Part shown: one piece after another, positions 56,096 to 64,000 of the stretch
How the letters are laid out: each line of letters starts with the position of its first letter
How positions within the stretch are numbered: position 1 is the stretch's first letter
NCBI GenBank assembly: GCA_965203555.1
Contig: CBDBCY010000004.1
Location: forward strand, 2,592,001 to 2,656,000
Reading direction: 5' to 3'
Source: Acidimicrobiia bacterium
GTDB taxonomy: Bacteria; Actinomycetota; Acidimicrobiia; Spongiisociales; ZC4RG35
Length of the DNA: 64,000 nt
Position numbers and translations under genes: made by a program
Notes under the pieces: model-generated
Told to the model about the DNA's origin: nothing
What the model saw: the letters and a program-made list of their open reading frames with translations, nothing else
The model's database searches: none

Positions 56096-57010
56096 GCGTC
56101 CCAGGCGACCCGTAGACGCGGGTACGCCTCGAACAGTTGTTTGAGGCGTTTTTTCTCTTCGGGGGTGATATTGGCCTTTCTTTTGAGGAGCAGGTACCGG
56201 GCGCGGAACAGATCCGGGTGCCAGGCGGGTTTGACGCCGGGGGGCTGGCGGCGTTGCAGGTCCCGGCGTACCAGGGTCAGATCCTTCGGTGATACCGGCG
56301 GGCGGCGTGGAACCGGTCCAGGACATGACAGGCCGAAGGCAGGTAGCGGACGATGGCTGCCTGGTAGGAACGGGAACCGTCTGAGACCACGACCTGTACG
56401 TTCTGGCGCCAGTGGGGTCCCTGCTCGATGAAGAACCTGCTCAACGCCTGTTTGGACCGTCCGGGGAACATGGACAGGATCTCGCCGGTGTCGCCGTTGA
56501 CAACAACGGTTACATAGCGGTGGCGTTTGCGGATCGATGTTTCGTCGATCAGCAGCACCCGGCATCTTTGGCGACGGCGGCGGGTTCGGATCAAATGGGA
56601 CCAGTCGGTGACCAGGCCCATGATCAGGTGCCAACTGATCTGGTGGCGGCGGGCCACTGCCCGCATTGGGCATGGCCTGGGCGTCCTGGACCAGCCGGCG
56701 GGCCAGCCGGCGCGTTATACCACCCACAAACTGGGGGTGGGTTTCCATGTGCCGTTTGGTGCACCGGTCGCATACGTACCGTCGCCTGGGTCCATAACAG
56801 CACGGTCAAACGTCCGCTCACTTCCAGGTCGCGGATTCGCCGCTGGCGGCGGTCGTGCACCCGCCGGCACGACCGGCCACAATGCGGGCACTCGGACAGC
56901 TTCTTCGCCGAGACCACCTCCACCACCAGCTCCCCGACGGTGTCAACCACCACCTTGGTCACCCGTACACCACGCAGGTGCAACCGGACCGGCATAACAT
57001 CAGCATTCAT
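56096..57010 (-). pseudogene. ISL3 transposase N-terminal part, several frameshifts
   Basis: CPHCG zinc finger, IRDL, IDE, SDG...Y and LDRFH motifs spread over three frames. Confidence 0.88.
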
Positions 57011-57343
57011 TGAGGCCTCCTGGACTAGGCGTTTTTGTTTCACCACCTAATTCCAGCGAGGCCTCAACCCCTAACCAAGGACCCCCTCCCTAACCCTGCT
57101 CCCCACAAATACGCGCAGCCTCACTTTGTGGGAGACGATCCTGTCGCATGTGCAGGATTGCTTCGGGCATGAGATCCTCAAATAGGGCCGGTTGCTATGG
57201 GGACACCGGAGAGTTCCCAGGAGGCGCCACCAGGGAGTTGGGCCCGCCGCGGATTCTCTGTCTGGACCTACCCGGCGGGGCGTTGGCAGTGTCGGGACCG
57301 GCAATGGCCGGCAGTGACGAAGCGCGGGCTATCGGATAGAATA

Positions 57344-58516
57344 TCACCCGGCCAGGAGCACTGCCGTTTCGGCGATGATCTCGGCGGCCAGGGCGGTGTC
57401 CTCTATCTCCACCCACTCTTCGTCGGAGTGGGCCTGGTCTATGGAGCCGGGTCCGAAGACCACGGACGGAATGCCTTGGGGGGCGAACCAGGCGCCGTCC
57501 GTTCCGTAGGGAACACCGATGGGCTGACCCGGATCACCGAGGATCGACTGGCGGGCGGTCTGCAGAGCCCTCACCAAGGGGTGGTCTAACGGGGTGTCCA
57601 GTGGCCCCATGTCCAAGGAGGACTTGTGCAGGCGAGTCTCGATTCCGCTCTCCGCCAAACCGGCCAGCAGTTCTTCGATGTCGGCCAGGATCTCATTGGA
57701 GTCCTCTCCGGGATTGACGCGACGGTCCATGCTGATCACGCACTGCGCCGGAACGATATTGAGCGCCGTGCCTCCACGGATCAGCGAGGTGTTGATGGTC
57801 GGGCTTCCCACCAGCGGATGGCTGATCTCTGTCAACGTCGGGATGTATCGGTCCTCCAGGGCGTCCAGCACCCTGGACATGTTGTGTATGGCGTTCACCC
57901 CCAAATGGGGTTTGGAGGAGTGGGCGGGTGAGCCCACTGTCTCGATCTCGAAACGGAGCACTCCCTTGTGGGCGGTGGCCAACTCCAAGCCGGTGGGTTC
58001 CCCCACGATGGCCATGTCCATGTCGGATCGCTCCTCGCACAGCGCCATCGCTCCGGTGCCGGAGACCTCTTCATCGATCCCTCCGACGAACAGGATGGAA
58101 CTGCGCTCGCTGGGATCGAGACCGCGTATCATGTGCAACGCCTCCACCATGGCGACCAGCGAGCCCTTGGTGTCGCAGGCGCCGCGTCCGTGTACTCGCG
58201 TACCTTCCACCACCGCTTGGGGCCAGGCCTTGCCCGAGGGCGTCACCGTGTCGAGGTGGGCTTGCCACATCACCAGCGGTGCGCCGGTGGCCCCCTCCAG
58301 GCTGACTAGGATGTTGTCCCGCCCGCCGGGATGGACAGTCTGACGGCTGGGGTTCATTCCCTCCGCCTCGAAGTAGTCGAACAGGGCCGAAGCCAGCTCG
58401 GCTTCACCGGGTCCCCCGTCAAGGGCGGGATTCACCGAGTGGATGCTGACAAATTGCTCAAGAAGAGAACGGATACGGGACCGGTCGGCGACACCTTGGA
58501 ACCTGGACATTGCCAT
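57344..58516 (-). CDS. M20 family peptidase/deacylase (ArgE/DapE-like)
   Basis: AHLDTV, GRGACDTKG, DEE, GEPT and AHS.EE motifs. Confidence 0.88.
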   Translation of the reverse strand: MAMSRFQGVADRSRIRSLLEQFVSIHSVNPALDGGPGEAELASALFDYFEAEGMNPSRQTVHPGGRDNILVSLEGATGAPLVMWQAHLDTVTPSGKAWPQAVVEGTRVHGRGACDTKGSLVAMVEALHMIRGLDPSERSSILFVGGIDEEVSGTGAMALCEERSDMDMAIVGEPTGLELATAHKGVLRFEIETVGSPAHSSKPHLGVNAIHNMSRVLDALEDRYIPTLTEISHPLVGSPTINTSLIRGGTALNIVPAQCVISMDRRVNPGEDSNEILADIEELLAGLAESGIETRLHKSSLDMGPLDTPLDHPLVRALQTARQSILGDPGQPIGVPYGTDGAWFAPQGIPSVVFGPGSIDQAHSDEEWVEIEDTALAAEIIAETAVLLAG

Positions 58517-58584
58517 GATGCTAATGGGGGATCAAGACCTGACCTTCTCGCATATCTTCCGGTTCGGGGGTAGTTTTGCCTTAC

Positions 58585-59280
58585 ATGAGACTCTTGGTCG
58601 TGGAGGACGAGGTCGATCTGGCCAATGCCGTGGCGCGGGGGTTGCGTCGCAGCCGTTACGCGGTGGATGTGGCCCATACGCTGGAGGACGCTTTGCTGAG
58701 ATTGGTCTCGGCCGGGTATGACCTGGTGATCCTGGATTGGAACATGCCGGACGGAAAGGGAGTAGATTTCTGCCGCCGGTTGGTGGACGGGTCGATCGCC
58801 ACTTTCGAGGACCGACCACGGGTGTTGATGCTGACCGCCCGAGATGCGGTGGAGGACCGGGTGAAAGGCCTTGACTCGGGAGCGGATGACTATCTGGTGA
58901 AGCCCTTCGCCTTCGCCGAGTTGTTGGCCAGGGTGAGGGCCATCCTGCGCCGGGACGAAGATACCAGCCCCGTGCTGGTGGTGGGAGATCTGCAACTGGA
59001 CACGGCCCGCTTCGAGGTCTTTCGCGGGGCGCAGCCCGTACGGTTGACGGCCAAGGAGTTTTCCTTGTTGGAGTATCTGATGACCAGGGCAGGCGTGGTT
59101 CTTTCCCAGGAGACTCTCTTGGAGCATGTGTGGGACGAGGCGGCCGATCCTTTCACCAACACCGTGAGGATGACCCTCTCCAACCTCCGCAAGAAACTGG
59201 GAAAACCCCCTGTCATCCACACCGTGCCGGGGCGGGGATATGTGTTGGGCGCCGATTCTTCTCCGATAACCGCGTTATGA
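58585..59280 (+). CDS. OmpR-family response regulator
   Basis: LLVVED, ILD..MP, GADDYLVKPF and HTV.G.GY motifs. Confidence 0.93.
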   Translation: MRLLVVEDEVDLANAVARGLRRSRYAVDVAHTLEDALLRLVSAGYDLVILDWNMPDGKGVDFCRRLVDGSIATFEDRPRVLMLTARDAVEDRVKGLDSGADDYLVKPFAFAELLARVRAILRRDEDTSPVLVVGDLQLDTARFEVFRGAQPVRLTAKEFSLLEYLMTRAGVVLSQETLLEHVWDEAADPFTNTVRMTLSNLRKKLGKPPVIHTVPGRGYVLGADSSPITAL

Positions 59281-60455
59281 AGCTTCCGCCGGTCTTCTCT
59301 TCCATCAGGTTCCGTCTGTCGGTGCTTTCTTCTCTGGTGGTATTCGTGTTGGGATCGGCGGCCGTCATCTCCATCTTCTTTGTGATCCGCCACGGGTTGC
59401 GAACCGACCGGGTAATGGGACTGGTGCTCACTCCCGGCGAAACCGTCGTACGCGGGGGAGTTCGCTACATCATTCCCCAGCTGGAAATGCGACAGTTCCA
59501 GACGGTGGAGACGGTCCTGCGGGAGCGAATCCTGGAGGACATAACCGGCCTCATCCTGTGGGGACTGGTCTGGCTTTTTCTGGTCAGCCTGGTGATGGGT
59601 TGGTTTCTGGCCGGCCGCAGCCTGCGTCCCATCGGCCAGATCGCCGAAGTGGCCGAGAACATCCAGGCCCAGGATCTCAGCCGGCGGATCAACCTTTCGG
59701 GGCCCGACGACGAGCTCACCCGGCTGGCCGGCACTTTCGACGCCATGCTCGATCGGCTGAGTGGATCCTTTCGGCTTCAACAGCAGTTCCTGGCTTCCAC
59801 TTCTCATGATCTTCGCAACCCTCTGGCCGTGATCCGTTCCAACCTGGAGGTGAGCCTGGCCGACCCCGCCGCCACGGCCGAGGACTGGAGGGAGACCGGG
59901 GAGGTAGTCTCCCGCGCCGCTCGCAAGATGTCGGGGATGATCGATCGTCTGCTGGAAGCAGCCCGCTGGGAGGTTGGGTTCCACAGGTTTTCCGAGTTGG
60001 ACCTGGCTGATCTGGTTGCTTCCACGGCTCAGGCGGTGACTGCATTGGCGGAGGAGAGGGACCTGCGGGTGCAGGTGAGAACCCAACCGGCTACCGTGTC
60101 CGGGGATGCGTTGGCTCTTGCCCGCATTCTGGAGAATCTGCTCGACAACGCCATCACAGCTTCTCCGCCAGGCACTTTGATCGAACTGGATTGCGGTGAA
60201 AGGGACGGATGGGCGTGGATGACGGTGGCCGACCGGGGTCCGGGCCTTGATCCGAGTCTGATCTCGGGGGACTCCCACGTCGGAGGGGGTCTGGGTCTGG
60301 CCATCGCCCGTCATCTGGTCGAGTCCCACCGCGGAGAACTGGCTACCTTCCAAAGAGAGAGCGGCGGGGCCGCGATGGTGGTGTGGATACCTTCCCTGAA
60401 TCCTTCGGGGGACGAGGCCCCGGTTGATATCAATCCGCTTGACAGGCCTCAATAG
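59277..60455 (+). CDS. HAMP-domain sensor histidine kinase
   Basis: Two transmembrane segments, HAMP domain, SHDLRNP, NLLDNA, DRGPG and GLGLAI motifs. Confidence 0.92.
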   Translation: MKLPPVFSSIRFRLSVLSSLVVFVLGSAAVISIFFVIRHGLRTDRVMGLVLTPGETVVRGGVRYIIPQLEMRQFQTVETVLRERILEDITGLILWGLVWLFLVSLVMGWFLAGRSLRPIGQIAEVAENIQAQDLSRRINLSGPDDELTRLAGTFDAMLDRLSGSFRLQQQFLASTSHDLRNPLAVIRSNLEVSLADPAATAEDWRETGEVVSRAARKMSGMIDRLLEAARWEVGFHRFSELDLADLVASTAQAVTALAEERDLRVQVRTQPATVSGDALALARILENLLDNAITASPPGTLIELDCGERDGWAWMTVADRGPGLDPSLISGDSHVGGGLGLAIARHLVESHRGELATFQRESGGAAMVVWIPSLNPSGDEAPVDINPLDRPQ

Positions 60456-60481
60456 GGGTTTACGGTCTTTTTACCGTAAAC
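60439..60481 (+). promoter_or_regulatory. Putative htrA promoter with overlapping inverted repeat
   Basis: TTGACA-N16-TACGGT; GTTTACGGT-N6-ACCGTAAAC palindrome. Confidence 0.45.
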
Positions 60482-60501
60482 TTGGGCAAGATAGGTTTGT
60501 T

Positions 60502-62058
60502 ATGACAGAAACTCCACCCTCCGAAGATTCTCCGAGGAATCAGTCTTCCAGGCCCGTGGAAGGTTCCCTCGAAGATTCTCTCACACTCAGCGACCGGAGC
60601 ATCACACCGGGCGACGATTCAGAGAGTGAATCGGACCGAGAAACCGGCGCCGAGGGACTTGACGGGAGGGCCGCCTCAACCAAGGTAGAAGAACCCTCTC
60701 CTCAACTGTCTGACGGCCAAGATGCCGAACATGATCAAGAGGCGGGGGCGAGCGGCAGTCCTATGACACACGCCGCGGACGTCTCGCTGTTCTCGTCCTC
60801 CATCGACGAGCAAACGCCATCTCCCGGGAAGAGGAGAGCCTTTCAGGAAATAGGATGGAAGATGATGGCCGTGGCCGGAATTGTGCTGCTGGCGGCAGGT
60901 TTCGTCGCCGGTGTCTTCTTTCCCGAAGCGGCGCCCGAGCAGGAGGTAGCGGTGGCCACCACGGCAACAACCGTGCCTGCCGTCGAGACTCCCACCACTA
61001 CCACCTCAGCTGTTCCCACTACCTCTGCATCTACTACTTCACCTCCCACTTCCGCTCCGTCGACCACTGTCCAAGTCGAGCCAGTGATCGTTCCGCCGCC
61101 CGATCTGGTCGTCACCGACGAGCCTGTCTCGGATGTGGCCAACCGTCTGGTGCCCTCGGTCGTTCACCTGGAAATCGGCAGTGAGAACGTATTCGAGCAG
61201 GGGGCGGGTAGCGGGGTGGTCTTCGACAGCAACGGTTATATCCTCACCGCTGCCCACGTGGTGGAGACAGTTGTGAATGACGGCGCAGAATTGACTGTGC
61301 GTCTTTCCAGCGGCGACCGGATGCCCGGGGAGGTGGTCGGGACCGATCCGGAAAGCGATGTGGCGGTCGTGAAGGTGCAGCGTTCAGGTCTGATACCGGC
61401 CGAGCTTGCACTGCAGGACCAGCCGAGAGTGGGCCAAATGGTGGTGGCCGTGGGCAGTCCGTGGGGATTGGAGTCCTCGGTCACCTCCGGGGTGATCAGC
61501 GCCGTCGACCGCATAGTGGAGGGAAGGCTTTTGCACCAAAGCGACGCGGTGTTGTATCCGGGGAACTCGGGTGGTGCCCTGGCGGACCGTTACGGTCGGC
61601 TGATCGGCATCAACGTCTCGATTTTCACAGACTCGACCACTTTGGAAGCGATCGAATTTCAGGGGGTGGGGTTTGCGGTCCCCATCGACGTCGCCTACCG
61701 GGTGGCGCAGGCTCTCATCGCCGGAGAACCCGTCCACGTCGCCTTCCTGGGAGTCAGCGGACGCGACACCCTGGGCGATGCTGGCGTGGAAATAATGGAG
61801 ATCTTCCCCGGTTCCGGGGCGGAGAGGGCGGGGTTGCAGGTGGGCGACATCGTAGTGGCGGTTGGTGGTCAACCGGTGACCGGGATCTCGGATCTGGCTG
61901 CCCGCATCAGGCATCTGGTGCCCGGGGACGTGATTGTCCTGGATGTCCGTCGTGGGGACGAGGAGTTGCTCCTGGCAGCCACCCTCCTGGCGCGAAGTGA
62001 CGTGCTGTCCGACGAATCCGGCGAACAGTCCCCTGAGGAGGAATCCGAGGGAGAATAA
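60502..62058 (+). CDS. Membrane-anchored HtrA/DegP serine protease with PDZ domain
   Basis: TAAHVV, DVAVV and GNSGG catalytic triad; PDZ domain; transmembrane helix and Thr/Pro linker. Confidence 0.9.
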   Translation: MTETPPSEDSPRNQSSRPVEGSLEDSLTLSDRSITPGDDSESESDRETGAEGLDGRAASTKVEEPSPQLSDGQDAEHDQEAGASGSPMTHAADVSLFSSSIDEQTPSPGKRRAFQEIGWKMMAVAGIVLLAAGFVAGVFFPEAAPEQEVAVATTATTVPAVETPTTTTSAVPTTSASTTSPPTSAPSTTVQVEPVIVPPPDLVVTDEPVSDVANRLVPSVVHLEIGSENVFEQGAGSGVVFDSNGYILTAAHVVETVVNDGAELTVRLSSGDRMPGEVVGTDPESDVAVVKVQRSGLIPAELALQDQPRVGQMVVAVGSPWGLESSVTSGVISAVDRIVEGRLLHQSDAVLYPGNSGGALADRYGRLIGINVSIFTDSTTLEAIEFQGVGFAVPIDVAYRVAQALIAGEPVHVAFLGVSGRDTLGDAGVEIMEIFPGSGAERAGLQVGDIVVAVGGQPVTGISDLAARIRHLVPGDVIVLDVRRGDEELLLAATLLARSDVLSDESGEQSPEEESEGE

Positions 62059-62124
62059 GCCCAGCTGCGGGTGGCGGTTCCGCGGATCGCTCCTCCATTG
62101 AGAATGCTATAGTTCGGCATGTCC

Positions 62125-62330
62125 GCCGAGAGACAACGGCGGTTCGTCCCGGATGCAGCGAAGTTCGGTTGAAGTCCGACGCTGTCCCGCAACTGTCAAG
62201 CCCCGAGAGAGGGGATGAGCCAGGACGCCTGGTTCCGGGATGACGGATGAACCTCGGATGAAGGTGTAGTTCGTCGGCGGGGTTCCCCGTCTGACACTCT
62301 TCTCCTTCATCCTCCTCAACAAGGAGGATG
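62125..62330 (+). ncRNA. Cobalamin riboswitch with RBS-sequestering expression platform
   Basis: AGCGAAGTTCGGTTGAAGTCCGACGCTGTCCCGCAACTGT...GAGCCAG core; extended -10 TGCTATAGT at 62105; upstream of btuF. Confidence 0.85.
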
Positions 62331-62333
62331 TTT

Positions 62334-63455
62334 ATGTATGCGAACACCCCACCCAGGGGTGGAAGGTGGCTGGTGCTGCTGGCGTTGTCGGCACTGGCCT
62401 TGGGCGCCTGCGGAAGTGAGGGCTCTTCTGCAGTCGAGTCCGGCGTCACCACGGAAGCTCCCACCACTACCGCGACGGCCCCGACCACCACTGCGGTCCC
62501 AACCACGACGGCCCCGCCGACCACCACCACGGCGGCGCCGCCCACTACAACTACAACCACGGCGGCGCCGACCGTCACCACGGAAGCTCCCACCACGACG
62601 GCGCTGACCACTACAACCACGCAGGCGCCTCCCGCTTTTCCGGTGGATGTGAGGGATTCGCAAGGCACAGTTACCATCTCTGCTCGGCCGGAGCGAATTG
62701 TCTCCCTGTCGGGGTCGACCACCGAGATGCTTTTCGCGATCGGCGCCGGTTCTCAGGTGGTGGCGGTTGACAGCTATTCCTATTACCCGCCCGAGGCGCC
62801 GGTCACGGACCTGTCCTCATTCAGTCCCAATGTCGAAGCCATCACCGCTTTCGATCCCGACCTGGTGGTCGTATTCTATGACCCGGGCGACCTGATGTCG
62901 TCGCTGGGGACACTGGGGATCCCGGCGCTAATGATGCAATCGGCAAGCTCTCTCGACGATGTCTGGCATCAGATTGAACAACTCGGAATCGCCACCGGCC
63001 ATCGGATGGAGGCCGATGACCTGATAGCTTCGATGCAGCACCGGATCGAGGAGATAGTGGCCGACCTTCCGGAGGTGTCATTCACCTATTACTACGAACT
63101 GGATCAGAACCTCTACTCCGCGACCTCCGCCACCTTCATCGGACAGGTCCTGGGCCTGCTCGGTCTTGAGAACATTGCCGACCCTGCCGATGAGCAGGGC
63201 TACGGGTATCCCCAGCTCTCTTCGGAGTACATCGTCGATGTGGATCCCGATATGATTTTTTTGGCGGACACCTTGTGCTGCGGGCAGAATCTGGAGACCG
63301 TTTCCGAGCGCCCCGGATGGTCGGCGCTCACGGCGGTGACCAATGGGGCGGTGGTGGAGCTCAATGATGACATCGCCTCCCGGTGGGGTCCGCGGATTGT
63401 GGACCTCCTGGAGGTAGCCGCGGTCGCAGTGGTTGAGTTGGCAGCCCGGGGTTGA
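62334..63455 (+). CDS. btuF: Cobalamin ABC substrate-binding lipoprotein (BtuF-like)
   Basis: LGAC lipobox, Thr-rich stalk, PERIVSLS..TTEMLFAIG and SRWGPR motifs; riboswitch upstream. Confidence 0.82.
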   Translation: MYANTPPRGGRWLVLLALSALALGACGSEGSSAVESGVTTEAPTTTATAPTTTAVPTTTAPPTTTTAAPPTTTTTTAAPTVTTEAPTTTALTTTTTQAPPAFPVDVRDSQGTVTISARPERIVSLSGSTTEMLFAIGAGSQVVAVDSYSYYPPEAPVTDLSSFSPNVEAITAFDPDLVVVFYDPGDLMSSLGTLGIPALMMQSASSLDDVWHQIEQLGIATGHRMEADDLIASMQHRIEEIVADLPEVSFTYYYELDQNLYSATSATFIGQVLGLLGLENIADPADEQGYGYPQLSSEYIVDVDPDMIFLADTLCCGQNLETVSERPGWSALTAVTNGAVVELNDDIASRWGPRIVDLLEVAAVAVVELAARG

Positions 63456-64000
63456 GCGCCTTGACGCCACCAGCGTTGGTCCAGCCGTCCCGGGTGGGAC
63501 CGGGGAGACTGATGCTGGCGGTGGCGCTGGGAGCGACGGTGCTGGGGGTTGCTCTCATGGTCGGACCGGCCGGGTTGGATATGGGAGGAGTAGTCGCCGC
63601 CCTGCTGGACCGATTTCCGTTACTGGAAGTGGAGAGTTCCCTGACGGACCGTGAGTTGGCCATCCTGTGGGAGATTCGTCTGCCACGGGCGGTCATGGGC
63701 ATCCTGGTCGGAGCTACCCTGGCTTCAGCCGGCGCCGCCTACCAGGGAGTCTTCCGCAATCCCCTGGCCGATCCGTATCTGCTGGGGGTGGCGGCCGGCG
63801 CCGGTCTGGGCGCCACGGTGGCCATTCTGCTGCGCGCCAGGGGTTTTCCCAACATGCCATTGGCCCCGCTTGCTTTCGTTGGTGCGGTGATGGGTGTGGC
63901 GCTTTCCTACGGACTGTCCCGGACCAGGGGCAGGGAGCGCCGATCGGCTACCACCCTGGTGCTGGCGGGAGTGGCGGTGGCGTCCTTTCTGACCGCGGTT
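63452..64000 (+). CDS. btuC: FecCD/BtuC ABC permease, partial
   Basis: Manual translation: IRLPRA...G..LA.AGAAYQGVFRNPLADPYLLGV..GA. Confidence 0.82.
   Translation, partial: MSALTPPALVQPSRVGPGRLMLAVALGATVLGVALMVGPAGLDMGGVVAALLDRFPLLEVESSLTDRELAILWEIRLPRAVMGILVGATLASAGAAYQGVFRNPLADPYLLGVAAGAGLGATVAILLRARGFPNMPLAPLAFVGAVMGVALSYGLSRTRGRERRSATTLVLAGVAVASFLTAV

Larger units (their letters stand above)
53471..57122 (-). mobile_element. ISL3-family IS, interrupted by IS21
   Basis: Imperfect inverted repeats (GGCCCTGCGCGTTTTTTTGGG / rc GAGGCTGCGCGTATTTGTGGG); 8-bp target duplication ACTTTGTG at 53463-53470 and 57123-57130. Confidence 0.88.

Overview
High-GC actinobacterial chromosomal segment. PafA/PafBC, an LpdA-type flavoprotein and the RpoB/RpoC architecture suggest an Acidimicrobiia-like organism (inference, no search run). 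Core genes are nadD, rsfS, tRNA-Ala(GGC), rpoB, rpoC, a PBP1A with PASTA domains, a methylmalonyl-CoA mutase large subunit, lpdA, pafA-pafB-pafC and mobA. Accessory content includes a three-subunit cobalt nitrile/thiocyanate hydrolase (scnB-scnA-scnC order), an EPS trio, and a catabolic block (amidase, LLM oxidoreductase, two threonine aldolases, amidohydrolase, FAD oxidoreductase, Dpp/Opp ABC importer, MFS). There are also tandem MFS paralogues, an antitoxin with a toxin remnant, a CocE-SDR pair, an IS21 nested in a decayed ISL3 (both target duplications visible), a two-component system with HtrA, and a cobalamin riboswitch before btuF/btuC. The most unusual item is an intact-frame GAPDH homologue at the left edge whose catalytic Cys and substrate-binding Arg are both replaced by Asn, which makes it a candidate pseudoenzyme. 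No CRISPR array, rRNA or prophage was seen.
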